Of a stretch of 64,000 nucleotides of DNA, positions 49,943 through 59,668 are shown piece after piece; position 1 is the stretch's first letter, and each line of letters begins with the position of its first letter. The notes below the pieces were generated by a model, which was given only the letters and a program-made list of their open reading frames with translations, was not told the origin of the DNA and searched no databases. The DNA comes from Candidatus Latescibacterota bacterium (GTDB lineage: Bacteria > Latescibacterota > UBA2968 > UBA8231). Both the position numbers and the translations under genes were made by a program. Where the stretch lies: NCBI GenBank assembly GCA_965203355.1, contig OZ241889.1:2976001-3040000 (forward strand). Direction: 5' to 3'.

Positions 49943-51055
49943 ATGCCCAACTACTGTCCCGCCCCTCGCGACTGGCAACGCCGCAGCCCCACTCAAGCTG
50001 GCTTTGACGCCGACAAACTGGCCACGGCGTTGGCTTTCGCCCAGACCCAAGAAATCCAGGCATCTGCCAATTTGGCCGACATGCTGCCCAAGGGCGACCG
50101 CCACCCCAATGACCGCCCCTTAGGCCCGCTCAAAAAACGCAGCCCCACAGCCGGCCTGATCGTACGGCAAGGGTATCTGATCGCCACCTTTGGCCCAGTC
50201 GATAGTGTCGAAGTCACCTTCAGTTGCGCTAAGAGCTATATCTCGGCACTGGCTGGAGTGGCCTTTGACCAAGGGCTAATCCGCGACCTCGACGAACCCG
50301 TCGGCCGCACGGTCTTGGATGGCGGCTTTGACGCTCCGCAAAACCAGCCCATCACTTGGCGTCATTTGCTGCAACAAACCAGCGAGTGGCAAGGCGAACT
50401 ATTCGGCGTCCCCGATTGGATCGACCGCGGTCGCCAGCTAGGCCAAGGGGCGACCGAAGCCACGGTGGGCGGCACGGCTTCTAGCGCCGACAACTACCGC
50501 TCCCTCGAACCGCCCGGCACCTTTTGGGAGTACAACGACGTGCGCGTCAACCGCACAGCCCTCAGCCTGTTGCGCCTTTTTCGCAGCCCCTTACCGCCAG
50601 TGCTCAAAGAGCGCATAATGGACCCCATTGGGGCCTCTTCCACTTGGGAATGGCACGGGTACGAAACCTCTTGGGTCGAAGAAAGCGGCCAAAAGGTCCA
50701 ATCCGTATCCGGCGGCACGCACTGGGGCGGTGGTCTGTGGATCACCACCTATGATCACGCTCGCTTTGGCCTGCTTTTCCAGCGGCGAGGGCGCTGGAAC
50801 GGTCGCCAACTTCTATCCGAACAGTGGATGGCCCATGCCCTCACCCCCTGCTCCATCAAGCCCGAATACGGCTTCCTGTGGTGGCTCAACCATCAGCACA
50901 GCATATCCGATCGGGCCTGTCTTGACAGCTTTGCCGCGCGCGGAGCTGGCGGCAACATCGTCTTCGTCGAGCCGGAGCGCGAGTTAGTCATCGTCCTGCG
51001 TTGGTGCGGCAACGCCAAAGCCGTAATCGACCGCGTCCTCGCCAGTGAAGTTTGA
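49943..51055 (+). CDS. Serine hydrolase (beta-lactamase family)
   Basis: FSCAKS (SxxK), ITWRHLLQQTS, WEYND, HWGGG. Confidence 0.88.
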   Translation: MPNYCPAPRDWQRRSPTQAGFDADKLATALAFAQTQEIQASANLADMLPKGDRHPNDRPLGPLKKRSPTAGLIVRQGYLIATFGPVDSVEVTFSCAKSYISALAGVAFDQGLIRDLDEPVGRTVLDGGFDAPQNQPITWRHLLQQTSEWQGELFGVPDWIDRGRQLGQGATEATVGGTASSADNYRSLEPPGTFWEYNDVRVNRTALSLLRLFRSPLPPVLKERIMDPIGASSTWEWHGYETSWVEESGQKVQSVSGGTHWGGGLWITTYDHARFGLLFQRRGRWNGRQLLSEQWMAHALTPCSIKPEYGFLWWLNHQHSISDRACLDSFAARGAGGNIVFVEPERELVIVLRWCGNAKAVIDRVLASEV

Positions 51056-51340
51056 AAATTCAACGCGATTTGGGCCGATTGCCTAATTCAGTGCAGAACG
51101 CGAAGTAACCGAAAAACTTCGTCCGCTTTTTCGCTCAAACTGAACACCGAACGCGCCCCCGATCCATTTCAATCGCGCCTATTCGCTTCTGGCTGGTTGG
51201 ATGCGGCATTCACTCGCCATTGCACCGGGTCAAGGCCGGGCGATTCTTGGCCGATCAGGATTCATTTGATAGTGGCGCAAAACAGGGGCCGTTATAGCGG
51301 GGACGGATGAAGCGACCGTCGATCGCGATGCAATAAAGAC

Positions 51341-52201
51341 TCACAAAAAGCGCGTAATCCCAAAGCCCAAGCGCCAGTTGTCAGGGGCTGCGTCGTCGGG
51401 TGCCCCCACCAAGTACTGGGCTGGACTAAGGCGCGTATTATTGGTGGCGAAGAGGTAAAAGGTGTGCCCGCCCGTATCTATGGACAGGCCCCAAGCCAGC
51501 GAATTGTGCGAGCGGCCCGTTTCGCCCGGCCATAAAATGCCTTGGTATCCGGTCAGCGTCGGACTATACTCCAGCCACGCGCCCCACGTATCGCCAAAGT
51601 AATACTGGGCATACGTTCCCAGCGTAAAAGTGTACTGCGTCTCGACGCTGAAAATGGCACTGTTGTACAGATAGGAGGGCACCAACCCAACGCCCAACCT
51701 GTCGGCCAGCCGCGTATTGAAAATCAATTGCCCGTAGTACTGAAAATTCGCGGCCGTAGCCGTCTTGCGCTCGACAACAGCTGGCATTTCCGTATTCCAA
51801 GCCACGCCGACGTTTAGGGCCAAAACTGCGGGCAAGCGCTCGTGAAAAAATTGCAGCCAATGGTACTGCAACTGCAAGTCCAAATGGTCCAGCATATTAC
51901 TCCGCCCCAAGGTCGCCATCAGCCGATCGCTGAGGCCGTAACTGAGCGAGGTGCGGATATTGGCTGGCCCATCAAAACCGAAATTGGCCTGGTATCCCTC
52001 GTCGATAGGCGGGAGGAAGCGGTGCGAAATCTCGTAGTGGAAATCGCCTTGGGACAGCGTTTCCGCGGTGGGATAATTGGCTGTCCTGATAGCGCTGAAC
52101 AGCTCCAAGCGGGTTTTGACCGGCGCACTCGCCTGCCACGACGGCTGAGCACCCACCCAGGCTGGCAACAGCACTCCCAACCACAAGACGCGAATGTTCA
52201 C
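51341..52201 (-). CDS. DUF5777 family outer-membrane beta-barrel
   Basis: ISHRF, FGFDGPANIR, TGGHTF..TN, C-terminal GFGITRFL. Confidence 0.8.
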   Translation of the reverse strand: MNIRVLWLGVLLPAWVGAQPSWQASAPVKTRLELFSAIRTANYPTAETLSQGDFHYEISHRFLPPIDEGYQANFGFDGPANIRTSLSYGLSDRLMATLGRSNMLDHLDLQLQYHWLQFFHERLPAVLALNVGVAWNTEMPAVVERKTATAANFQYYGQLIFNTRLADRLGVGLVPSYLYNSAIFSVETQYTFTLGTYAQYYFGDTWGAWLEYSPTLTGYQGILWPGETGRSHNSLAWGLSIDTGGHTFYLFATNNTRLSPAQYLVGAPDDAAPDNWRLGFGITRFL

Positions 52202-52218
52202 TATCAGTCCCTCCTGCC

Positions 52219-52791
52219 CTATTGTACGTGTTTTAAGTAAAACGAGACCCTAACGGCAATTTCCTCGCTCACCTTGACAAAAGCCACCAAGGAAGGGGCC
52301 GCAATGTCGTAGTCGGCCAGTTTGATGGTGAAAGCCGCCTCGACCTTGGAGTGCCCCGCTTCCACCACTACGGTACCGGGCACTTCTACGGCGCGGTCCA
52401 CCCCGTGTAGCGACAAGATGCCCTTGGTTTTGACGCGATAGGCAACCCCAGTGGAATCGACCGCGGTGTGTTCGACGATCTCCCCTTTGTACACGGCTTT
52501 GGGCCACTGGTCCGCGTCCAGCACTTGGCGCATATCGCGGTCCCGCTTGCCAATGCCCGTGTCAAAACTAGCTAAGTCCACTTCAAAATGCAGTTGGTCC
52601 TTGGCCGCAAAAAGCGAGTCGCCTTCCCAATAAATGAAGCCGTCGATCTTATCGGTCGTGCCGACAAAAGTGAAGGCCACCACTTTGGAAGTGAACGCGA
52701 CTTGGTTGCCCTCGGCCTTTTTATCGACGTGCCATTCGCCGCCGTGGACAGCCAGCGGCCAGCAGAGCAGGAACGGGACGATCCAACGCAT
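52219..52791 (-). CDS. YceI family protein
   Basis: Signal peptide, DTGIGKRDRDM, GILSLHGV, DYDI. Confidence 0.88.
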   Translation of the reverse strand: MRWIVPFLLCWPLAVHGGEWHVDKKAEGNQVAFTSKVVAFTFVGTTDKIDGFIYWEGDSLFAAKDQLHFEVDLASFDTGIGKRDRDMRQVLDADQWPKAVYKGEIVEHTAVDSTGVAYRVKTKGILSLHGVDRAVEVPGTVVVEAGHSKVEAAFTIKLADYDIAAPSLVAFVKVSEEIAVRVSFYLKHVQ

Positions 52792-52819
52792 AAACGTCGC
52801 CCGGCCGTTTAGAGGCAAA

Positions 52820-53230
52820 TTAGTCGTTGGGAGCCCCCTTTTCTATCCAAGCGCGCACTGTTTCGAGTGCGTCCGGGGTCAAGTACGGCCCACTAGGGGG
52901 CATGCGGGATCCATCAACATCGGCGTCTGCCAAGAGTTTGCGATACAGGTAGCTATTGTCGGGATCGCCCGGCTCGATCAAAGCTAGGCCCCGGCTGCTC
53001 TCCACATCGACAATGTTGTCGTATGCTTGGCCCGCCGACAGATTGGGCCAAGCACTGTCGCCGTGACAGCCGCTCAAAGCGCAGGACACGTCAAATATGG
53101 TCTCTTGCACCTGGGCAAAGGTCGCCGGTCCTTTGGCAGCAGAATCGAATACCATATCCGTGCTCGTAGTCGGACCAGAACAAGACGTCCCCACAACTAC
53201 TAATGCAACAAGCGCAATGAGCACTTTCAT
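52820..53230 (-). CDS. Lipoprotein, cytochrome c-like with a CX4CH motif
   Basis: GTSC lipobox, IFDVSCALSGCH, PGDPDNSYL, RMP, WIEKGA. Confidence 0.65.
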   Translation of the reverse strand: MKVLIALVALVVVGTSCSGPTTSTDMVFDSAAKGPATFAQVQETIFDVSCALSGCHGDSAWPNLSAGQAYDNIVDVESSRGLALIEPGDPDNSYLYRKLLADADVDGSRMPPSGPYLTPDALETVRAWIEKGAPND

Positions 53231-53411
53231 GACCTTTCTCCTTAGGAATGCACTACATCCGCAACTTAATCTTGCCGGTCTGGATCGGCAACACGAGCCC
53301 CGCGGCTCGTCCACCAGCTCTTCTTGATCGGCGCTACACTCCGGGTTGATTTGCGCGTAGTGGGGGCGATTCCTTTCCTTCCCTTTAAGGTGTATAGCCA
53401 AAGGAGACGCC

Positions 53412-54359
53412 ATGTACATCCAAGACCAACTCCCCCACGACCGCATTACGGACGACAACTTGAGCTACTACAAAGCCATTGGCGTTGATTACCTGACCGT
53501 CAACTCCCTTCCCCTCGGCCTGCATACCTACCCCGAGATGGTCGAGTTCCTGCAAGCGGTGCGCAAGCGCGCCGAAAAAAACGGCCTCCGCTTGTACAAC
53601 GCCGCCTTGAGCGGACCGGACGAAATCACGCTCGCCCAACGAGATCGCGACGCCAAAATCGAAGAGTGGTGCAACTGGATCCGGGCCCTGGGCACCGTCG
53701 CAGTCCCCACGCTCGGCTACAACTTCAAACCCGTGGGCAACTTCCGCACCCCCTCGGACACCGGCCGCGGCCGGGCCCACTACAGCACCTTCACCTATTC
53801 AGAGTACGAAAAAGAGAATCACGACCATCCAGAAAAGCACATCAACGAGGACCGCATGTGGGCCAATATCGCCTATTTTCACCAGCGCATCGTCCCAGTT
53901 GCCGAAGAAGCCGGCGTTACCTTGGCCCTACACCCGGACGATCCACCGCTACCCGAGCCGATGGGCGGCGCAGCGCGGATCGTCTCCACCCTAGAGCAAT
54001 ACGAGCGCATCTTCGCCCTTAATCCCAGCCCCCAAAACGCCATGCTGTTCTGCCAAGGCTGCGTCACCGAAATGGGCATTGACGTGTACGAGGCGATCCG
54101 CCGCATGAGCCGCCAAGGCAAAATCGCCTACGTCCACTTCCGCAACGTGCGCGGTACGCCCAAGGATTTCAGGGAGGTCTTTATCGACGAGGGCGACGTC
54201 GATATGTACCGGGCAATGCAGACCTACAAGGAGGTGGGCTTTAACGGGCCGTTTATGATGGATCACACTCCGTCCATCCCCAACGACACCGGGGGCCGCC
54301 AAGGCCACGCGTACGCCACCGGCTTCATCCGCGCCATGCTCCAAGCCGTCTATCGCTAA
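53412..54359 (+). CDS. uxuA: Mannonate dehydratase family
   Basis: YNF, PVAEEAGVTLALHPDDPP, FCQG, VHFRNV, EGDVDM, DHTP. Confidence 0.8.
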   Translation: MYIQDQLPHDRITDDNLSYYKAIGVDYLTVNSLPLGLHTYPEMVEFLQAVRKRAEKNGLRLYNAALSGPDEITLAQRDRDAKIEEWCNWIRALGTVAVPTLGYNFKPVGNFRTPSDTGRGRAHYSTFTYSEYEKENHDHPEKHINEDRMWANIAYFHQRIVPVAEEAGVTLALHPDDPPLPEPMGGAARIVSTLEQYERIFALNPSPQNAMLFCQGCVTEMGIDVYEAIRRMSRQGKIAYVHFRNVRGTPKDFREVFIDEGDVDMYRAMQTYKEVGFNGPFMMDHTPSIPNDTGGRQGHAYATGFIRAMLQAVYR

Positions 54360-54377
54360 TCGCCAATCGGGAGCAAC

Positions 54378-54480
54378 ATGACCACACCGACTCAAACCCA
54401 GATCACGGCCTCCGGCGAACACTGGCTAATCAACGGCCAAACCACGTATCGCGGGCGAGCATATCGCGGGTCGCATCGGC
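54378..54480 (+). pseudogene. N-terminal stub of a truncated gene
   Basis: GGAG RBS, then MTTPTQTQITASGEHWLINGQTTYRGRAYRG, after which the frame runs antisense into the convergent DegT gene. Confidence 0.45.
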
Positions 54481-54489
54481 GTGGGCCGC

Positions 54490-55659
54490 TCAGCCCGCCG
54501 CCGCTTGCAGTGCTTGGCCCATCCTCTGCACTTTGGCTTTGGTATGGTTCGGGTGCATGGGCACCAAGACGGCGCGCGCCAAAACGTCGAGCGAGTCTTG
54601 GCACGTATCCAGCTTGTACTTGACCCGCGCCTTGCGATTGGCCGGCAGCTTAAAGGGATTGAGCGCCGGATGGTGCGCACCTTGGTAGCGCAAAATAGGC
54701 TCCCAGCGCGTATAGACGTGGCGACCGGTATCCATGGGCAAAAAGGCAGACACCCCTTGGTCGGCGAGTCGGTTGCGAAAGGAGCGCGCCTCGTCCTCGG
54801 CGGCAAACAAAAAGCCCAAGTGCGTGCCGCACTCGTAGTCCAAGCTGTTGTTTTTGATCGACTCCAACCCGGCCGCTAGCCCGACCTGGAGCAACTCCTG
54901 CTTGTGGGCGCGCATGGTCTTGAGCATCCCGCGGATTCGCCGCAACTGCACGTTGAGTATCGCCCCTTCAACCTCAGAAGCCCTGAAGTTGGGGCCGGCA
55001 AATTGCAGATCTTCGCGCTCTTCGTCGGGGTTCCAGTAAAAGGAGCAGCAATCCACCGCCACCGAGCCGCGCTGATACACGGCCTCGGCCTGGGTCACAA
55101 ACGCCCCGCCCTCGCCGCAGGTCATGTTCTTGAAGAAATTGAAACTAAACGCGCCAGCATGGCCCCAACTGCCCAGCATCCGGCCCTCGTACCCACCGCC
55201 CACCGCCTGACAAGCATCTTCGAGAACGAGTAAGCCGCGCTTGCGAGCGATCTTGGTAATGCGCTTCATATCGCAGGGCAAGCCGACCATGTGGACCGGA
55301 ATAATCGCCCGAGTGTGTTTGGTAATTCGCCGCTTTAAATCCTTGGGGCACAGCGTCAAGGAGTTATCTACGTCAGCGATTACCGGAATGGCCCCAGCCC
55401 CCAAAACAGCCAAAGCCGTCGCCATGTAGGTATAGGCGGGCACAATCACCTGATCCCCCGGCCCGACGCCCAACCCCACCAAGGCCGCGTACAGGGCCGA
55501 GGTCCCCGAGCGCGTCATCCGACAGTGCTCCACCCCCACGTAGCGCGCCCAATTCTTCTCAAAGCGGTCGCACTCCCCACCCGATCCATAGCGGAAGATC
55601 GCGCCGCTGTCGAATAGCCGCTGTAGTTGCTTGATTTCTGCTTGGCCGATGCGATACAT
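54490..55659 (-). CDS. DegT/DnrJ/EryC1/StrS aminotransferase
   Basis: SGTSAL, PVHMVG, LEDACQA, FSFNFFKNMTCGEGG. Confidence 0.92.
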   Translation of the reverse strand: MYRIGQAEIKQLQRLFDSGAIFRYGSGGECDRFEKNWARYVGVEHCRMTRSGTSALYAALVGLGVGPGDQVIVPAYTYMATALAVLGAGAIPVIADVDNSLTLCPKDLKRRITKHTRAIIPVHMVGLPCDMKRITKIARKRGLLVLEDACQAVGGGYEGRMLGSWGHAGAFSFNFFKNMTCGEGGAFVTQAEAVYQRGSVAVDCCSFYWNPDEEREDLQFAGPNFRASEVEGAILNVQLRRIRGMLKTMRAHKQELLQVGLAAGLESIKNNSLDYECGTHLGFLFAAEDEARSFRNRLADQGVSAFLPMDTGRHVYTRWEPILRYQGAHHPALNPFKLPANRKARVKYKLDTCQDSLDVLARAVLVPMHPNHTKAKVQRMGQALQAAAG

Positions 55660-55670
55660 AATGCGCTCCT

Positions 55671-57410
55671 TTAGACGAGTTCCAGTTCGACCCAGCGCCG
55701 AACCGAATTAATTAGATAAAGAGCGTTGGCTCGCGCCAATTCGCCGATGGACAGCCGGCGTTCGCAAAGTTGGCCCTGCGCCAACAGCTCGGCGCGGAAG
55801 GTGCCGGCCAGCAGCCCGGATTCGACCGGGGGCGTGTAGCGGACGCCGTCGCGCTCCAGCACCAAGTTGCCGATGCAGCACTCGGTCAGTTCGCCGCGCT
55901 CGTTGTACAGCACCACGTCGTCGCAATCTGGACGCGCTGCCAACTGCCGATCGTACCTAGCCCGCTGGGTCGTCTTGTGGTACAGCAAGGGATCGGTGCT
56001 ATCCATCGGCTCGGCGGCCAGCGCCACCCGCAGCGGTCGCGGCGGCGCGAGCGTCTGATGCTGTACGCGGACCGCGCCGTTGCGGGCCAGCAGCAAGCGC
56101 ACCCTACACGGGCCGGCCATAGCCTTGGCCGCGGCTTGCAACGGCGCCCGCACCCGGTCGTCCGCATAGCAAAATCCCCAGTACGCTGCCGACTGAGACA
56201 AACGTTCTAAATGCCTCTCTAACAGGAAGTAATCCCCATTTTCATACAACAGCGTCTCCAGCAGTTCAAAAGAAGGACCCGGTCGGGTGCGCAAGACCTC
56301 GGCCTTGATGAGGCACTCGGCGTATTCTCCCGCGGCCGCCGATTCCCAGACGATCCCGCTACCCACGCCAAATTCGAGCTGAGCCTTCTCGCGGTCGAGG
56401 TGCGCCGTGCGAATCGCCACGTTGAAGCACGCCTCCGGCCCCGGCGACACATAGCCCATGCAGCCAGTGTAAATGCCGCGCGGGGCGCGCTCCAGCTCGA
56501 CGATGATCTCCATAGTTCGCACCTTGGGCGCACCGGTCACCGAGCCGCAGGGAAAAAGCGCGGCAAAGATGTCGGGCAAGCGGACCCCGGCTTTGAGTTG
56601 GCTTTCCACGGTAGAAGTTAGCTGCCACACCGTGGGATAGCGCTCGACCGACCACAGGGCCGGGACCGCCACGCTGCCGACTTGTGCGATACGCCCTAAA
56701 TCGTTGCGCAACATGTCAGTAACCATCAAGTTCTCAGCGCAGTCCTTAGCGGAATTTTGCAGGTCGTTGGCCCGCTGTTGATCTTCGGCTGCAAAGCGGC
56801 CGCGTGGCCGGGTTCCCTTCATGGGCCGCACTGTGCAACGCCCGTCGCGCAGGTGGAAGAACAGCTCGGGCGACGCCGAGATCAGCACGTGCCGCCCCAA
56901 GTCGAAATACGCGCACAGCGCAGATTCCTGCCCCTGCCCCATATCGCGGTACAGCGCCAGCGGATCGCCCTCAAAGCGGCTGCACAAGCGCCAGGTGTAG
57001 TTGACTTGGTACGTGTCGCCGGCCGCAAGATAGGCGCGGATGCGTTCAATCGCGGTCTCGTACTCCGCCCACGACACCGACGCCTGCCAAGCGTCCAGCT
57101 TGTAGGCCCCCAAATCGGCGCTAGGCGCGGCCACCTGCGTCCGCTCCGCAAAGAGGCCAAAGTAAACCAAGGGAAGCGCACCAGCGGGACGAGTGGTAAA
57201 AGCCGGGTCCAGACCAGCGGCCGCTTCGTAGCAGACAAAGCCCGCCGCGTGTAGCCCTTGCTCCACGGCCTGCGCCACCGCACTGAGGGCTGGGCGCACC
57301 TCGTCTGTCGCGGTAGCCACCACCTCGCCCACCGGTTGGGCAAACGCAAAGGAGCGCTGCTGCCCGCCGCGGGCGTACGACGACAACAGCACTGGACTTT
57401 CTAGCGTCAT
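55671..57410 (-). CDS. pabB: Aminodeoxychorismate synthase component I fused to an ADC lyase-like (aminotransferase IV) domain
   Basis: GDTYQVN, SASPELF, PMKGT, AENLM..RNDL, GSVTGAPK; C-terminal LLET..HLERL..HKTT..GLLAGTFR. Confidence 0.88.
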   Translation of the reverse strand: MTLESPVLLSSYARGGQQRSFAFAQPVGEVVATATDEVRPALSAVAQAVEQGLHAAGFVCYEAAAGLDPAFTTRPAGALPLVYFGLFAERTQVAAPSADLGAYKLDAWQASVSWAEYETAIERIRAYLAAGDTYQVNYTWRLCSRFEGDPLALYRDMGQGQESALCAYFDLGRHVLISASPELFFHLRDGRCTVRPMKGTRPRGRFAAEDQQRANDLQNSAKDCAENLMVTDMLRNDLGRIAQVGSVAVPALWSVERYPTVWQLTSTVESQLKAGVRLPDIFAALFPCGSVTGAPKVRTMEIIVELERAPRGIYTGCMGYVSPGPEACFNVAIRTAHLDREKAQLEFGVGSGIVWESAAAGEYAECLIKAEVLRTRPGPSFELLETLLYENGDYFLLERHLERLSQSAAYWGFCYADDRVRAPLQAAAKAMAGPCRVRLLLARNGAVRVQHQTLAPPRPLRVALAAEPMDSTDPLLYHKTTQRARYDRQLAARPDCDDVVLYNERGELTECCIGNLVLERDGVRYTPPVESGLLAGTFRAELLAQGQLCERRLSIGELARANALYLINSVRRWVELELV

Positions 57411-57459
57411 GTCTGAGGGGCGTCGAGCACCGGCTAGGCCGTTGTCAACCGAGAGGCAC

Positions 57460-58269
57460 CTAACCCGCGGCCTCGCCGGGCTGGTACTCAATGCGCCGCA
57501 TGAAGCGCTCGCCCACATCGTAGTTTGGCTGGTCGGAGACAAAGCGCCACAAGCGCACGCGCTGCATCAATTCGTAGCGATGCTCGTTGCCCTCCCAGCC
57601 GTGATGGGTCGATAGGATGCGACCGATCGCCGGGTCGTCCAGATCCGCGCTGTCAAAGTGGCAGACCTGCGGCCGCGTCGGGTTGAGCCGCAACTTGTAC
57701 ATGAAGCGGTCCTGATCCGTGTAGTTGCTGCGCGCTCCGTGCCAAACGCGGGTGTTCCACACGTACATGGTTCCCGCCGGGCAGGTCGCCCAGACCTTGC
57801 CGCGCATGTGGTGGTAAATGGCGATCTCCCCGGTGCGCACATTGCGGAATTGCGTACCCGGCACCAAGAAAGTGCCGCCCATCTCGTCTGTGGTGTCCGC
57901 GGGGAACAGCGATAGCTGGATATCGAAGTAATGGTCGCGGAAGTCGATGACCGAGTCTTGGTGCATATTGGGGCCTTTGGTTTGTTCGGCCTGGGTCAAG
58001 TGCGCGGCGTGGTGGTCGTACAGGGGATCGGGGCCGACCAAGGAATGGATAAGCCCCTGCACCTGCGGCAGACGGAACGCATCGCCCAAGGCCGTACCTT
58101 TGGGCCAAGTCGCCTCAAAGGGGGTCCCCACCGCGAGATAACCTTGGTTATGGCGCATTTCCGCCAGGCAGGCTCGACACAGCTCTTGGGGCACCATTTC
58201 TTCGAACTTCAAATACCCCGAGGCAACGAATTGCGCCATCTGCTTTGAATTCAAAAGATGCTCTTTCAC
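57460..58269 (-). CDS. Phytanoyl-CoA dioxygenase (PhyH)-like protein
   Basis: QFVASGYL, MHQDS, MGGTFLVPGT, WHGARSN..R. Confidence 0.8.
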   Translation of the reverse strand: MKEHLLNSKQMAQFVASGYLKFEEMVPQELCRACLAEMRHNQGYLAVGTPFEATWPKGTALGDAFRLPQVQGLIHSLVGPDPLYDHHAAHLTQAEQTKGPNMHQDSVIDFRDHYFDIQLSLFPADTTDEMGGTFLVPGTQFRNVRTGEIAIYHHMRGKVWATCPAGTMYVWNTRVWHGARSNYTDQDRFMYKLRLNPTRPQVCHFDSADLDDPAIGRILSTHHGWEGNEHRYELMQRVRLWRFVSDQPNYDVGERFMRRIEYQPGEAAG

Positions 58270-58565
58270 GATGTGGCTCCTTCCTCTTTTTGCCGCTCGT
58301 TGAATTTTGACAACACGACTTGGTAGGGCAGCGGCCCCAGTTCATAGCCTGCTTGGGGTGAGCGATGTTTGAGTTCCGACATCTGGATGACTTGCCAGCC
58401 GTCGCGCATGGCCGCCATGGCGTTCTGATAGGGTGGATCGCTCTCCTCGACCAAGTCGCCGAGGCCCGTGCCCTTGGAGGCTTCGTAGCGTGCCCAAGCT
58501 GCGACTTGGGCGTCGAGCGCGGGCGTGGTCTGAAAAAACACGAGAATGTCTTGCACTGAGGACAT
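58266..58565 (-). CDS. Small hypothetical protein coupled to the PhyH gene
   Basis: GTGA overlap; PPYQNAMAAMRDGWQVIQ. Confidence 0.65.
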   Translation of the reverse strand: MSSVQDILVFFQTTPALDAQVAAWARYEASKGTGLGDLVEESDPPYQNAMAAMRDGWQVIQMSELKHRSPQAGYELGPLPYQVVLSKFNERQKEEGATS

Positions 58566-58716
58566 GAAAAGCCTTTCGGTGATATTAGGTTGAAATTGCC
58601 GTGCGGTATTCCAGCTAGAATATAAGAAGTAACAAGCTCGCTGGTACGCAATTTGCGTAAGACCGGGAGGAGCTATTTAATATTTTAACATCCTTTCTTC
58701 TGTAAGGAGACTCACA

Positions 58717-59661
58717 ATGAAAGACCTGCTCTTATCGTTGGCGCACACCGCCATTTCTTTGGCGCTCGTCGCCACAGGAGCCGCCCAAGCCGACACCATG
58801 CACCAGTCCTTTGCCGTGGAGCCGGGCGACCGCCTAATAGTAGATACCGAATGGAGTGCCATTGAGGTCCATACTTGGGATCGTCCCGAGGTCGAGTTGG
58901 TCGTAGAACGCGCCGATAAACTCGATCTAACATACGACCAAGAGGCGGGCACCACGACCATCCGGGGCCGCAAGAAAAGTACCGGCCTGTTCGACTTCTT
59001 CGGCCTTGTGAAGGGACGTGCGCCCCTGTTCCGCCTCACGGTGCCGCACCGGCACGATGTAGAACTGAACACCTCGGGCGGTGGCATTGAGGTGGCCGAT
59101 CTTCAGGGCCGCGTCTCGGCCCGAACTTCGGGCGGCAATCTGATCTTTGGCCACATCGAAGGCCCGATCGAGGGCAAAACTTCGGGGGGTTCCATCTCGC
59201 TAAAAAGCGCCTCCGGTACGGCGTCGGTATCGACTTCGGGGGGTTCCATCCGCATTGGCGAGGCGGGCGGGACAGTGCAAGCTACGACTTCGGGCGGCTC
59301 TATCCACATCAGCCGGGCCCAAGGCTCGGTGCAGGCCAAGACGTCGGGCGGCTCTATCAAAGTGGATGAGGTGCTGGGGCCGATCAAGGCTCAGACGTCG
59401 GGTGGCTCCATTCGCGTCCAACTCTCACAACAGCCTCACGGTCCCTGCCACCTCAAGACTTCGGGCGGCAATATAGCGGTCTCCCTCGCGGCGGACATTG
59501 GTTTGCAGGTGGATGCCCGCACGTCGGGTGGGCGCGTCTCCTCCGACTTCCCGGTAGTAGGCACACTGGATAAAAACAGCCTCAAGGCCCGGATTAACGG
59601 CGGCGGTCCCCGCATGACCTTGCGCACCTCGGGCGGGTCCATCCGCTTACACAAACTATAG
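58717..59661 (+). CDS. DUF4097 beta-strand-repeat (adhesin-like) exported protein
   Basis: Signal peptide; about ten TSGG(S/N/G)I repeats. Confidence 0.88.
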   Translation: MKDLLLSLAHTAISLALVATGAAQADTMHQSFAVEPGDRLIVDTEWSAIEVHTWDRPEVELVVERADKLDLTYDQEAGTTTIRGRKKSTGLFDFFGLVKGRAPLFRLTVPHRHDVELNTSGGGIEVADLQGRVSARTSGGNLIFGHIEGPIEGKTSGGSISLKSASGTASVSTSGGSIRIGEAGGTVQATTSGGSIHISRAQGSVQAKTSGGSIKVDEVLGPIKAQTSGGSIRVQLSQQPHGPCHLKTSGGNIAVSLAADIGLQVDARTSGGRVSSDFPVVGTLDKNSLKARINGGGPRMTLRTSGGSIRLHKL

Positions 59662-59668
59662 CGCTTTG

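Noticed and set aside
55671-57410. PabB-PabC fusion as a novelty
   Set aside because: This is a known, common architecture.
59070-59645. Recurring ACNTCGGGCGG DNA motif at regular spacing
   Set aside because: It encodes the TSGG repeats of the DUF4097 protein and varies at synonymous positions.
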